Assembly (NCBI GenBank): GCA_964187785.1
Contig: OZ076409.1
Location: 64,296,001 to 64,360,000, forward strand
Length of the DNA stretch: 64,000 nucleotides
Direction of reading: 5' to 3'
From: Amphiscolops sp. MND2022
Taxonomy: Eukaryota
The position numbers and the translations under genes were made by a program. Positions 1 to 11,949 of the stretch are shown piece after piece (within the stretch, counting starts at the first letter, position 1; every line of letters begins with the position of its first letter). Below the pieces are notes generated by a model. That model was not told the origin of the DNA, made no database searches, and saw only the letters and a program-made list of their open reading frames with translations.

Positions 1-310
1 AGATGAGTAGTAAACAATGGGAAGGGTGATTGAAGATAACTGAGGTGTTGTTATGAAGCTCTTGAGACAAAGACTGAGTAAGAACTTGAAATCTCATTCT
101 TATGAAGCTTGAAAGGAAACTATCGCTGCACCGACAAAATTTGAGACAAAGCGAATGTGGGAATTTAACCCGGGAAATCGAAGTTAGGAAACCCTCTTGC
201 GGTAAAGGGACATCTTCCAACGGAGGAGTCAGTTTGAAACTGAAAAAGCAACTGAACAGTTACTTTTCCAACTGAAAATTGCGAAGAAAATTCTTCTTGA
301 AAGACCCCTG

Positions 311-934
311 ATGGAGCAACAATTTTACCTTGATCCCGAGCAAGACTCAATGTACTCGGAATTCATCACGATCTCTAGCGACGAGGAAGAGAACTTCAGC
401 GATGGGGTTTCCGTAATCTTCTCAGAGTTCGAAGAGAATATGATGGATGTAGGGGCTCAGTTGATGGCACAGCTCTCTACCCCGGTAGCTGTCAGAGGAA
501 GACAAATGACACTCGAGGTACACGATGACTCTCCCTCACCAAATACACCTCTGCGCTGTGGTGGCCCGTATTCAGGTTTCCGTCCTCGCGGGTTAGGCAG
601 TTTCAGTAACGACCCAATGTTGGGTGCCCGCCAAAAGGAACCCCATCCGATGGTCGTATGTGGTAACTTGATCCCGTTTGTGGATACTCCAACGTCCCCT
701 CCTCCACACGAGAGAGGCTTTTTGAACACATCAACCAATGACTTGTTTCCATCTTACGTCCAGCCTGAGAAGGTGTCAATGTCGGTCCAGACCTTGCCCT
801 CATGGGATATCCAACCTCCCCTAACTCCAATAGTTCCTCCTCCAACGCCGATGATGACAAGAATATCGCTCATTTCCCGTCGGGACAGCAAACACCCAAC
901 AGTCTTACCTATAGTTATTTTACTGATTGTATGA
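311..934 (+). CDS. Acidic/Pro-rich ORF of unknown function, probably a 3' accessory ORF of an LTR retrotransposon
   Basis: 207-aa intronless ATG-initiated ORF, visibly more GC-rich than the surrounding DNA. Lies upstream of a purine tract (1187-1196) and an LTR-like segment. Confidence 0.4.
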   Translation: MEQQFYLDPEQDSMYSEFITISSDEEENFSDGVSVIFSEFEENMMDVGAQLMAQLSTPVAVRGRQMTLEVHDDSPSPNTPLRCGGPYSGFRPRGLGSFSNDPMLGARQKEPHPMVVCGNLIPFVDTPTSPPPHERGFLNTSTNDLFPSYVQPEKVSMSVQTLPSWDIQPPLTPIVPPPTPMMTRISLISRRDSKHPTVLPIVILLIV

Positions 935-1188
935 TATGTGGAAAGCCCTACAAGCAGATAGCTGATGAAATAGTGATTGACTACTTTCACCGCACAGAGT
1001 ATCCTGGGGAGCCCTACTATGTCAAAGAAGCAAGGAGGAGGGCGTTCGTGGAAGGGATGCATGCGGGCACCTACTTTCTCATTCCTCGGGGAGTGTCCCG
1101 GTCGGCCGCCTGCGATGGGAATGTCTACGCTATCCCACAAAATGCAATTATAACAAACGCAACACTGTCAAGCTTGCCTCTTCTCTAA
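802..1188 (+). CDS. Second overlapping ORF with CxxC motif (CMICGK), probably retrotransposon accessory protein
   Basis: 128-aa ORF overlapping the previous one by 133 nt in another frame. Its stop codon runs into the purine tract AAGAAGAAGG. Confidence 0.4.
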   Translation: MGYPTSPNSNSSSSNADDDKNIAHFPSGQQTPNSLTYSYFTDCMICGKPYKQIADEIVIDYFHRTEYPGEPYYVKEARRRAFVEGMHAGTYFLIPRGVSRSAACDGNVYAIPQNAIITNATLSSLPLL

Positions 1189-1200
1189 GAAGAAGGTTCT

Positions 1201-2250
1201 TGCAAACCAAAACTATGAAAACTGTTGAGTCATGTAACTTCTGTATAATGCCATTCATTGCCTCATCGAGACTGTAAATTACAAGTAAAACGGTTAATAA
1301 TCATTAGTACTCAATGTCATTTATGATGTCCTTATGACATCAGTGGACAATACCAATACTTTCATTAGTGCAGTTTATATTGACTAATACTGCTCCCATG
1401 CGTGCATGATAATAACGTTTACATTACGTACGCATGTGCGAAGTGGAGAAATAGCGATAACCCTAAATCAGAACAAAGTAAACACGGTGTTACTATATAT
1501 AGATAGATGACCTGACGTCACCTCCACTTTGATGATGCTATAAATAGAATTACATGTAGTGTGTCATGCAAGGTGCTATTTTTAGAAGGTGACTTGACCT
1601 AAATTTGAGAGTCATGTAATCATGAGTATATATATGGTATGATCCATGAGAGGGGACACAATCTTACTAGAATGCAATAAACGTCACAACCAGATCTTGA
1701 TTATCATTTCAAATTACCAGTTATTAAATTTTCCTCTGAGAATGCCCTCTACGAGGAGCAAAAAGGCAGAAGCGAGAAGATTGAGAGAAGCAGACATAAT
1801 GTCGGATCTAGAGGACATGGATGTTATGCTGGGTTGCGGTGAGTATAATCCTATTGAAAGAGAGATAGATCAAATGACAGGTTTCTCAAACACGCTAGAT
1901 AGAGAGGAATCAAGGGAAAATTATCTCTGCAATAGGATGCTCTTCCCAAGAGAATGAAATCAGAAACATGCCTGAAAACAGGGATCATAATAATTTAGCG
2001 AGACATATAGACGTTCTAACGAACGAGGTTATTCTAAGGATTTCGAGAGAAATGGATAGTTTGTTGAATGGAGTTAATTCCCAAATAGAGATCGCCATTA
2101 GCATGGCTCTATCTGAAAGGGTTATTCCCCAAGTTCAAAACGTCATTGAGAATGTGCTGGCTAGACAGTCTGAGCGTGTCGCGACAATGTCCAGAAGACC
2201 TCACAACTCAGGTAATGATGCGCAGAAGAAGAGAGTCACAGCAAACATAT
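1201..2250 (+). mobile_element. LTR-like segment (copy 1) containing frameshifted ORF MPSTRSKKAEARR...SDLEDMDVMLG; truncated on the right
   Basis: Follows a PPT-like AAGAAGAAGG and starts with TG. TATAAATA at ~1539, AATAAA at ~1676, and motif GGGACACAATCTTACT shared with the 22.4-kb copy. ORFs 1742-1957 and 1968-2252 are similar to 22561-23179 and 31061-31279. Confidence 0.55.
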
Positions 2251-2564
2251 GAAATTATCCGAAGTGTGAAATAAAATGAAGTAAGCTAAATTTATCTATT
2301 TTTACTCAGGAGTATACTAAAGACCTCAATTTCCAAAGAAATCAGTCATAACAGTTTGCTTCCTCGGTTTTGGGCCTTTTTCAACTGAGTTCTCGATAGA
2401 CCAATAGGACTTTAGTATTCAATGAAATTATCCGGATTGTGAAATTAGGTGTGAAGAAATTAACCGGATCTACTTATTCCTACAGCTGCGTGGGACTTTC
2501 AAATTGGGTGAAAATATCCGAAGTGTGAAATTAGGCGGCTTGAAATTATCCGGATTCTACTGTA
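2250..2564. mobile_element. Right end of a Tc1/mariner(pogo/Tigger)-like MITE
   Basis: Several internal copies of GAAATTATCCG(G/A). Ends ...GGATTCTACTG|TA, i.e. TA-CAGTAGAA on the other strand. Confidence 0.4.
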
Positions 2565-3434
2565 TCGGAAATAAATCTAAAACCGTAAAGTGAATCCCCA
2601 ATGGTGTCGAAAAATAGATGTGCCTCACGTATTAAGATAGGAAATGAAATGAAATAACTAAAATCTTTTACAATATTTTATCAAAAAAATTATAAAACCA
2701 ATTTTCTTGATGTAAAAGAGTGCAATGTCTTCAGAAAAAGAAGAACTACTTGTCAAATGGACAAGTTCGAAGTTAGATGCCACATTTTACAAAATTGGCT
2801 GAAATGATGTCCCACATGCCAATTCAGTAGTAAATACAATCATTGAAAAAAGAAACTAGAAAGTTTATTCATTTTTTGCAAACCTGCTTTTCAAGTGCCC
2901 AACAAAACAGTAGAATTTGTTCGATTTTCAAATAACTGGATGATAGCTGACTTCTGAGCTGTTTTTGTTTTGGTCCAATTCTTTTTTTTTACAAATAAAG
3001 GTTCAGTTCATTTCTTACACTATTGTACTTTGCAATTAATGGTAGAATATTCGATGAAGTCTCAAACACCTGTAAAAATATAACTAACTTATGTTAAAAC
3101 CTGCAAACCTTCACGGTTTCGAAATGCCACCAATTTTTAGATGAATCTTTCAACAACTGAATAAAACGTTAAGAAATTTATCAGTTGAAAACCATGATGG
3201 CTTTCTACGAGTTCTACGAAATAATAGAAAATGTTGTTCAAAACATTGGAAAATTGTCAAAAAAATTCAAGCAGTAACAACTAGGGATGTGATTACACTA
3301 TATCGTGCCAAGGTTGCCCAATTTTCACAAATGTTAACAAGACCTCATTCCCGTCCAAAAATAACAAGAGAAAAAAGGTTTAGGTTCTTTGAGGTTAAGT
3401 CCAGACTAATCCTAAACTTTCAGTTTTGTTTCAG

Positions 3435-4689
3435 GTTTTGAACCAAATGAAAATTCTTACAACCGCCTTTTTTTCTGTTCTGGTTTTGAGCAAAAAAATC
3501 ACTCTCGTTCAGTGGCTTGCTATTGCTGTTTTGTTCTTGGGCATCGCCGAGGTGGAGCTTTCAGGAGCAAAAGAGGATTATTCACCCGCGGAAAGAGAAC
3601 AAAGCACTTTTCGGGGAGTCGTTGCTGTTCTGACTTCTAGTTTTTCATCAGGTTAACAAAAACAGCCGATTTCATTGAGATAATTAAATTGTGCTAATTT
3701 GTATGGTTAAAGATAAACAATAAATAAGGAACAAAATTGCCAACTTGAAAAAGACACAAAATGGACTGGTGAACTGAGCTGGCATTATGAAATTGATCCG
3801 AGTTTCAAAACTTGATTCACGAAGCTATCTGAAGGCGCCTGTTAGTTTTTAAAAACAAATCACAATATTCTTTCCATTTGTCCAATTTTTGAAAACCAAA
3901 TTGGCCAGGTGGACAAATGGAAAAAATTATCAAAATTCAGGGCTGTGGAAACATTATCATTACAACATCTTTGATTGTAACTCTTCATTCAACTGTGAAT
4001 TGGCACAAAAACTCCATTTAAGAAATCTGTATGGAAGGTTTATAAAACAAAACAAGAAACCACATTTTTCCATATATGCTCAGTGGTGTTTTAAAAAACT
4101 CTGGAAGTGGTGGATCCAGGTTGTGTGTGGATATAGGATCAAAATGAAGGACATACAAAATTTTTGCTGGTCAGAAAACTGGTCAAAAAATTGCTGATCT
4201 TTTCCACACAAGAAAAAGGCATTATTTTTTCTACTTCAATTGAATGAAATATCCAAATCTAACCATGAATGCTTTGATTTTCAGGTTTCGCTTGTGTTTG
4301 GTTCGAAAAAATCCTTAAGACCAAAGGACAGCCTAAAGGAATATGGTTTGCCAATATCCAACTGGCTCTTCTGTGTACAGTGCTAGGCCTTGGACTCATC
4401 TTTTGCAAAGACCGTGATTCAATAGCAATCGGCGGCTTTTTCCAGGGTTACACTTTGTGTGTTTGGGTGCTCATCTTTTTGCAGGCAGCGGGGGGTATCT
4501 TGGTATCCCTGGTGATGAAATATGCTGACAACATTCTGAAAAGCTTCGCATGCTCAGCTGCTATCGTTTTGTCTTCTATTGGATCTTTCTTTCTGTTCGA
4601 TTTCCAATTTAACCCTCTTTTTGTTTCTGGAACTGCTCTGGTCATATCCGCCATCTTTTTGTACAACAGGAAGCCATTCTCCATAAAAG
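3435..4689 (+). CDS. Nucleotide-sugar transporter, SLC35A family (partial; exons 3435-3651 and 4285-4689)
   Basis: Spliced translation VLNQMKILTTAFFSV...QWLAIAVLFLG...SSG|FACVWFEKILK...NIQLA...GFFQGY...GGILVSLVMKYADNILKSFA matches SLC35A hallmark motifs. GT-AG phase-1 intron 3652-4284 and a GTGAGT donor at 4690. No 5' exons were found in the window. Confidence 0.93.
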
Positions 4690-5406
4690 GTGAGTTTGAG
4701 ATCTTTTTAGTCGGCGCTTTGTAAATAAAACGCGACTATAATAGTGATTTTTCGTTGTATTTCTTTCAGTCCGGTCGTAGTGACCATTTTCATCCTGAAT
4801 GCCAATATTATACAATATATCTACAAAATAGCAAATTATTCCGAAGGGTCCTCCCTTTCAAGTTTTGACAAATTTATTTTAATGAAAAAAATTGAGAGTT
4901 GTTTCGTTACTATGAGTTTTCTTTCGAAGAAATTTCCATTTTCCAATTTGTTCCTTTTTGAAATTCTCCGCACTGTGGGACTTATTGGGAAAATCGAAGG
5001 TGTTTTCACCAAAGGGTTCTCGCTTTACTTTTGGATGTTTCTGGTGGGGAAGAAGGCATAGAAACGTTGTTTTTTATGTTCCTGGTGAGACGAAAAGCGG
5101 AAATCCTTTTTAAACACAAAAAGTCCTCTTTGGGATTTTTCGGGACTGTAAAACTGAGAATTAATTCGAAAGGGACTCCTTGACATCTCGGAGTATTTTT
5201 ATTCACTTTACTTCTCACCTTTTTCTTGTGTTGTGTTATGCAGTCGTTGGAGGTTCGAGTCTAGCGAACGCCGATGTGTTCACTTTTTCAAACCAAATCA
5301 TTTTGATTAGAGTTACGTTTTCAGGTATATCGCGTATATTGTTTTTCATAATGATATAACCCTGACACGACGACAAAAATAGCTTTTTTCACCGTCTTTT
5401 CTATCA

Positions 5407-8052
5407 TGTCAGGCTGAACATGGAGGTTCCAAGTTAGCCAAAGCCAAAGGGTATCTTTCAAACTGATTGGAACAGATTTTTTGAAAGAATTTTTTGATTT
5501 AAAGTTCCTGTCAGGCTGAACATGGAGGTTCCAAGTTAGCCAAAGCCAAAGGGTATCTTTCAAACTGATTGGAACAGATTTTTTGAAAGAATTTTTTGAT
5601 TTAAAGTTCCTGTCAGGCTGAACATGGAGGTTCCAAGTTAGCCAAAGCCAAAGGGTATCGCTCAACCTGATTGGAACAGATTTTTTGAAAGAATTTTTTT
5701 GATTTAAAGTTCCTGTCAGGCTGAACATGGAGGTTACATGTTGGCCAAAGCCAAATGGTATCTTTCAAACTGATTGGAACGGATTTTTTAAAAGAATTTT
5801 TTGATTTAGAGTTCCTGTCAGGCTGAACATGGAGGTTCCAAGTTAGCCAAAGCCAAAGGGTATCTTTCAAAGTGATTGGAACAGATTTTTTTAAAAAGAC
5901 TTTTTTGATTTAAAGTTCATGTCAGGCTGAACATGGAGGTTCCAAGTTAGCCAAATCCAAAGGGTATCTTTCAAAGTGATTGGAACAGATTTTTTGAAAG
6001 AATTTTTTGATTTAAAGTTCCTGTCAGGCTGAACATGGAGGTTCCAAGTTAGCCAAAGCCAAATGGTATCTTTCAAACTGATTGGAATGTTTTTTTGAAA
6101 GAATTTTCTGATTTAAAGTTCTTGTCAGGCTGAACATGGAGGTTCCATGTTGGCCAGAGCCAAAGGGTATCTTTCAAACAGATTGGAACGGATTTTTTTA
6201 AACAATTTTTTGATTCAAAGTTCCTGTCAGGCTGAACATAGAGGTTCCAAGTTAGCCAAAGCCAAAGGGTATCTTTCAAACTGATTGGAACAGATTTTTT
6301 GAACGAATTTTTTGATTTAAAGTTCCTGTCAGGCTGAACATGGAGGTTCCAAGTTAGCCAAAGCCAAAGGGTATCTTTCAAACTGATTTGAACGGATTTT
6401 TTGAAAAAAATTGATGACATAAAGTTCCTGTCAGGCTGAACATGGAAAATCCAAGTTAGCCGAAGCCAAAGGGCATCTTTCAAACTGATTGGAACGGATT
6501 TTTTTAAAAAGTTTAATTTGAAGTTCCTGTCAGGCTGAACATGGAGGTTCCAAGTTAGCCAAAGCCAAAGGGTATCTTTCAAACTAATTGGAACGGATTT
6601 TTTGAAAGAATTTTTTGATTTGAAGTTCCTGCCAGGCTGAACATGGAGGTTCCAAGTTAGCCAAAGCCAAAGGGTATCTTTCAAACTGATTGGAACAGAT
6701 TTTTTGAAAGAATTTTTTGATTTAAAGTTCCTGTCAGGCTGAACATGGAGGTTCCAAGTTAGCCAAAGCCAAAGGGTATCGTTCAAACTGATTGGAACAG
6801 ATTTTTGTAAAGAATTTTTTGATTTAAAGTTCCTGTCAGGCTGAACATGGAGGTTCCATGTTGGCCAAAGCCAAATGGTATCTTTCAAACTGATTGGAAC
6901 GGATTTTTTAAAAGAATTTTTTGATTTAAAGTTCCTGTCAGGCTGAACATGGAGGTTCCAAGTTAGCCAAAGTCAAAGGGTATCTTTCAAACTGATTGGA
7001 ACAGATTTTTTAAAAGAATTTTTTGATTTAAAATTCCTGTCAGGCTGAACATGGAGGTTCCAAGTTAGCCAAAGCCAAAGGGTGTCTTTCAAAGCGATTG
7101 GAACAGATTTTTTGAAGGAATTTGTTGATTTAAAATTCCTGTCAGGCTGAACATGGAGGTTCCAAGTTAGCCAAAGCCAAAGGGTATCTTTCAAAGCGAT
7201 TGGAACAGATTTTTTGAAAGAATTTTTTGATTAAAGTTCCTGTCAGGCTGAACATGGAGGTTCCAAGTTAGCCAAAGCCAAATGGAATCTTTCAAACTGA
7301 TTGGAACAGATTTTTTGAAAGAATTTTTTGATTTAAAGTTCCTGTCAGGCTGAACATGGAGGTTCCATGTTGGCCAGAGCCAAAGGGTATCTTTCAAACT
7401 GATTGGAACGGATTTTTTAAAACAATTTTTTGGTTCAAAGTTCCTGTCAGGCCGAACATAGAGGTTCCAAGTTAGCCAAAGCCAAAGGGTATCTTTCAAA
7501 CTAATTGGAACAGATTTTTTGAACGAATTTTTTGATTTAAAGTTCATGTCAGGCTGAACATGGAGGTTCCAAGTTAGCCAAATCCAAAGGGTATCTTTCA
7601 AACTGATTGGAACGGATTTTTTGAAAAAAATTGTTGACATAAAGTTTCTGTCAGGCTGAACATGGAAAATCCAAGTTAGCCAAAGCCAAAGGGCATCTTT
7701 CAAGCTGATTGGAACGGATTTTTCAAAAGAATTTTTTGATTTAAAGTTCCTGTCAGGCTGAACATGGAGGTTCCAAGTTAGCCAAAGCCAAAGGGTATCT
7801 TTCAAACTAATTGGAACGGATTTTTTGAAAGAATTTTTTGATTTAAAGTTCCTGCCAGGCTGAACATGGAGGTTCCAAGTTAGCCAAAGCCAAAGGGTAT
7901 CTTTCAAGCTGATTGGAACGGATTTTTCAAAAGAATTTTTTGATTTAAAGTTCCTGTCAGGCTGAACATGGAGGTTCCAAGTTAGCCAAAGCCAAAGGGT
8001 ATCTTTCAAACTGATTGGAACGGATTTTATAAAAGAATTTTTTGAATTAAAG
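5407..8052. repeat. 102-bp tandem satellite, about 26 copies
   Basis: Unit TGTCAGGCTGAACATGGAGGTTCCAAGTTAGCCAAAGCCAAAGGGTATCTTTCAAACTGATTGGAAC... starts at 5407 and 5509 and continues to ~8050. Confidence 0.98.
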
Positions 8053-8136
8053 AATAAAATATAAATACTTCGGATATAAAAATATGAAAGTCGAATATAT
8101 CGTATCTTGTTGATTCTAGACTTTCTTGACTTTCAG

Positions 8137-8198
8137 GATTTTTTATGAAGTCATTTCAAGGTTCACCTTTCTCGCTAACTGATGGTTTTACTTTTTAA
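8137..8198 (+). CDS. Candidate last coding exon of the SLC35A-like gene
   Basis: Acceptor CTTTCTTGACTTTCAG in the required phase 1, reading GFFMKSFQGSPFSLTDGFTF-stop. No homology support. Confidence 0.3.
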
Positions 8199-9169
8199 AC
8201 GCAGCTAGTAGAAACAAAATGCTCCCAGCTTTGTTTTTTTTGTGTATATAATTAAATGTTAGATTGATAATTTAGAGGAAACAGCTTTTAGAAGCTGTCA
8301 AGTACTTTAAGAATTCTGAAGCTTAAGTAGGGCTTCTTTATGACGTAAACAGAAAATAGCTTGATATTAAAATATTTATTTTACTTGTTATTACACATCA
8401 ATGTTGTTTTCCTCGTAATCCATGCTCGTTTTTCCAAAATGCTCCATTGATTTGTAAAACCGAATGATGAAAAACAGTGATGTTTGAACAGCAGTATTTT
8501 TTGTATTTTGGAAAAAAGCAGAAGCGAAGAGGAAACGAGTTCAAGTTAACGAGCACGTCGTTTCGGACTTTACGCTGCCAGAGGTATCGGAAGAAAGACT
8601 GTCTATCGACGAGGCAGTGGAGAAAAATGCAGAACAGATTGAGCCATATCAGGAGCTGTCCGACTTGAATATTATGACATTATGACAAGCAAATATTTTA
8701 TTTTCAGTTTATTGTTCTGAATGTATATATAATTCAAAGCCTATTTCATTAACAAAGGAAATTTGTCACCCATCTTTTGTAAATTCAGCTATTCTTGGGT
8801 ATTTGTAGACTGTCCCATTGGATTAACGATTTTTAGCACCAAACGCATTTTCAATCTCATATGTTGAACTTTTTTAATTTTTTGGGTCTTTTTACTCAAG
8901 AGACATATTTTTTCACAAAATAGCTGCACTGATTTATTGCTACGAAAAGGACACAACAGGGTGTGTGTTGGGTGAGTATGATTGCTTACGACCGAACCAT
9001 GAATAAACCGAGTATTTGTTATGCCAATGTTTTGAAGAGGTAAAGTTTGAAGAGGTAATTTATTGTACTCTTTTGAGCAACGTTTTAGTTCAAAAAATGT
9101 GTCTTTTGGCAACCCACTCATTGACTTCAGTACCATTTTTTCTTGCGGATCAAAATTGCATCCAATTCC

Positions 9170-9204
9170 TTCGTTTCGTTTCGTTTCGTTTCGTTTCGTT
9201 TCGT
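9170..9204. repeat. (TTCGT)n microsatellite
   Basis: About 7 perfect pentamer copies. Confidence 0.95.
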
Positions 9205-10140
9205 ATGAATCTAAACACTCTTATTGCATATGTGATATTGTTGTCCTTTTTGGCAATGGTTTGAAAACTGCTTGAACAATTGTTACTGACCTCGCATGGT
9301 AAATGCTTGCATGTCGTAGCAGTCGTGGGGACAGTGATCCACACCATAAGATGCATTTTAAAGGAATACTAAGTTAGTTAAGATTTTACTTACAATACAA
9401 CCAAATAAGCCACAAAGACGAAGATTTGACATAATGAATAGTTGGCAGAAGGTTGACGCGAAGTATATTTTTTGCATCTAAAAACATCTACTAATGAACT
9501 TCCGGTATGACAATTTGCTGATGGAAGGCTAGTACACTTCTGGTTCTGATTCTTGAACAATTTCCATAGCAATCTAAACAAAAAACAGACACAAATTGAA
9601 AATAGAAACTTTATCCATTTGCTCATCCAATCTAAAAGGAAAACTAAACAACATTTACTCCGTGATCCCAACGGAAAACATTCAACCTGAAACATTCACA
9701 ACGCAACAGAACCATCCTACGGCGAATTCAAAATCCAGAATTGCTAACTCAACGAACCAATGGCGTCGTAGCCATTGCGGCATTTTTGCGCTCAAGCCAA
9801 CAAGATTGATTTTTGTGACGTCACTTGTAGGAGAATTGGAATAATTTCTGAGCTTGCGGTAATCCCTCCGTCAACTTAGGTCAGCAATAGCTAATCTAAA
9901 AACAAACGTTGTCAGTACGTTGCATTTGCAGGTTGTCTCTACTAATGTCTGGACTAATCACTAACCGAAAGGATGTTTTTACAGGGAAAAGTGAAGTTCG
10001 TAAGGATTGTAAAAAGGATCATAGTTAACCGGAGAAAGCTGTATTTCAAAACAAAATATGAAACTACCTCTGATTAGTTAACTACATATAGAATGGAATG
10101 TTCGTTTCTCATCAGTAATGAAAACTATAAGACTATTTAG

Positions 10141-10675
10141 AACAAGCCGAGAACGGCCAAAGTCGGCGCCATATCTAAGGCTCAAAATTTAAAAGGGGGA
10201 CCTTTCGGGCTTTGTGAAACTCGAGCTGGTTGCAAAAAATTTTAAAAAAATTGAAGGGGGACTATTTGGAGACATTAAAAAATTCCCCAACAAAAATTTT
10301 TAAATGAGACTTTAAAACAGTGCCACAGTGCCGAAAAATGTAAAAGGGGGGACCTTTTGCGATTTTTTGACATCCATTGTGTTGCAAAATATCGAAACAA
10401 ATGAAGGGGGACCCTCTGATGCAATCCAAAAAACTTCAAAAAAAAGTCGCAAGGTGCCGAAAAAAAGTGGGGCTAAGGTGGGATTTTTGGACGTCTGTAT
10501 TGTTTTTCTTTTCGTTTTGGACGCGCTTCTGAGGTTGGACTTGTTGGGGTTTGAAGTTGTTGAGGTTTAAAGTTGTTGAACAAATGAACAAAAAAGTGGA
10601 CCTTACGCGTCTAAAAGAAAAACTACCCACAGTAATAGTCGGGCACATTTTCTACTAAAATGCGCCGACTAAAAA
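10141..10675 (-). mobile_element. Short interspersed non-autonomous element, HINE/Helentron-like family
   Basis: One end AACAAGCCGAGAACGGCCAAAGTCGGCGCCATATCTAAGGCTCAAA, the other GCGCCGACTAAAAA. The same termini recur many times in the window. Confidence 0.7.
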
Positions 10676-11949
10676 CAGGTTAACAATACGTCGCTTCAAT
10701 GTTTTTCCTGTTTCCTGGACAGACCTCTTAGATTGAGCATTCCTTTTCTCCAATTCTACATTTAACATGATTAGTGCGACGTAAGGGTAGCGTTAACACA
10801 TGTTAAGGAAACTGCCAAAAGTCTCTCCTCCTGTTCAATTATACTACCAATGATTCTTCTAAAGCAACGAGTTTACGGATGTTGTATGTCGTTTACTGAA
10901 GTGATATATGTGTACATATATAGGTTTTATTTTGATTACTTTTCAATAATATCAGACATTTCAAAAAATGATGTGTGAAACTTGCCAACCGTAAGGTCTC
11001 CGTTGTACTGATGTTTAAAGAAGTTAGTCGAAATATGCAACGTACATTGATTGAGACAAGTATTCAATTGTTTTAAAGTCCTGTTGGTTCAAATATAATT
11101 TTGATTGTTATATATCAGTGATCAGAAAACGATCTTCTATCATCGCTTTTCCTGTCGAGTGTTGGTTTGGCATTTTCATGTTGAACATTCTTCCTTTCGT
11201 TCCGGTTGCGTCGGCATTTCTGCTTGTCTTTATTTTGTTCCGATTTTTTCACCTTTCTTAGTTCGAAATAAATAATTGTTCACGCCTAGTGTGCCTTCAT
11301 TGTCAAAAACTCAAAGCGGACTTTAATTCTGCCGCCATTTTTAGGAGGGTCAAAAATGATTTCAACAAAGATGACGAATGGTTGACAGAACTAAAAATAT
11401 CGACACTTGAGTTTTACACGCCGGACTGAAATGCTATGAATCAACGAGACTTTTGAAGGAATAAACACAAACTTCACAATTTTTAGAAAACATTAGGTGA
11501 GGAACAAATGATGCTAAAAAGATATAAATAAGCTGAGCTTCGTAAATGAGTTCAGTTACCCTGTTATTTTTATTTATTCAAATTTATGCAAGCCTCCGCC
11601 GTGATAATAAACGACCACTAGAAACTAGAAATGGAACGCAGTAGAAGATCTAGCCTCGTGCGAGTTTGTGATACAAGAAATGAAATTGGAAGCCAGAAAT
11701 CCAGCTGGAAATCTCGACCTGATTTAAACATCACTTGGGAGAGAATCCATGTCTGACCTTACAAAGAGACTGACTGAGGATTTTCGAAAAAGTTGAAACT
11801 GATAGCCCAATTTCGAAGAAAAATATTGAGCCACAAAACATTGAAATCCCTGAAGAAGCGAATATATTTTTGCACTTACATCTACTCCTATAAGGTCTAA
11901 AACGACTGCTTTGAACGATACTCCGTTAGTTTGTCGTAACAGTTAGTCG

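Noticed and set aside
5321..8009. Long minus-strand ORFs (up to 272 aa) with a 34-aa repeat KDTLWLWLTWNLHVQPDRNFKSKNSFKKSVPISL
   Set aside because: Consequence of a stop-free 102-bp (3n) satellite unit. Frames break at 1-bp indels and the starts are non-ATG.
5407..8052. CRISPR-like regular repeat array
   Set aside because: No unique spacers (whole units repeat), no cas genes, eukaryotic context.
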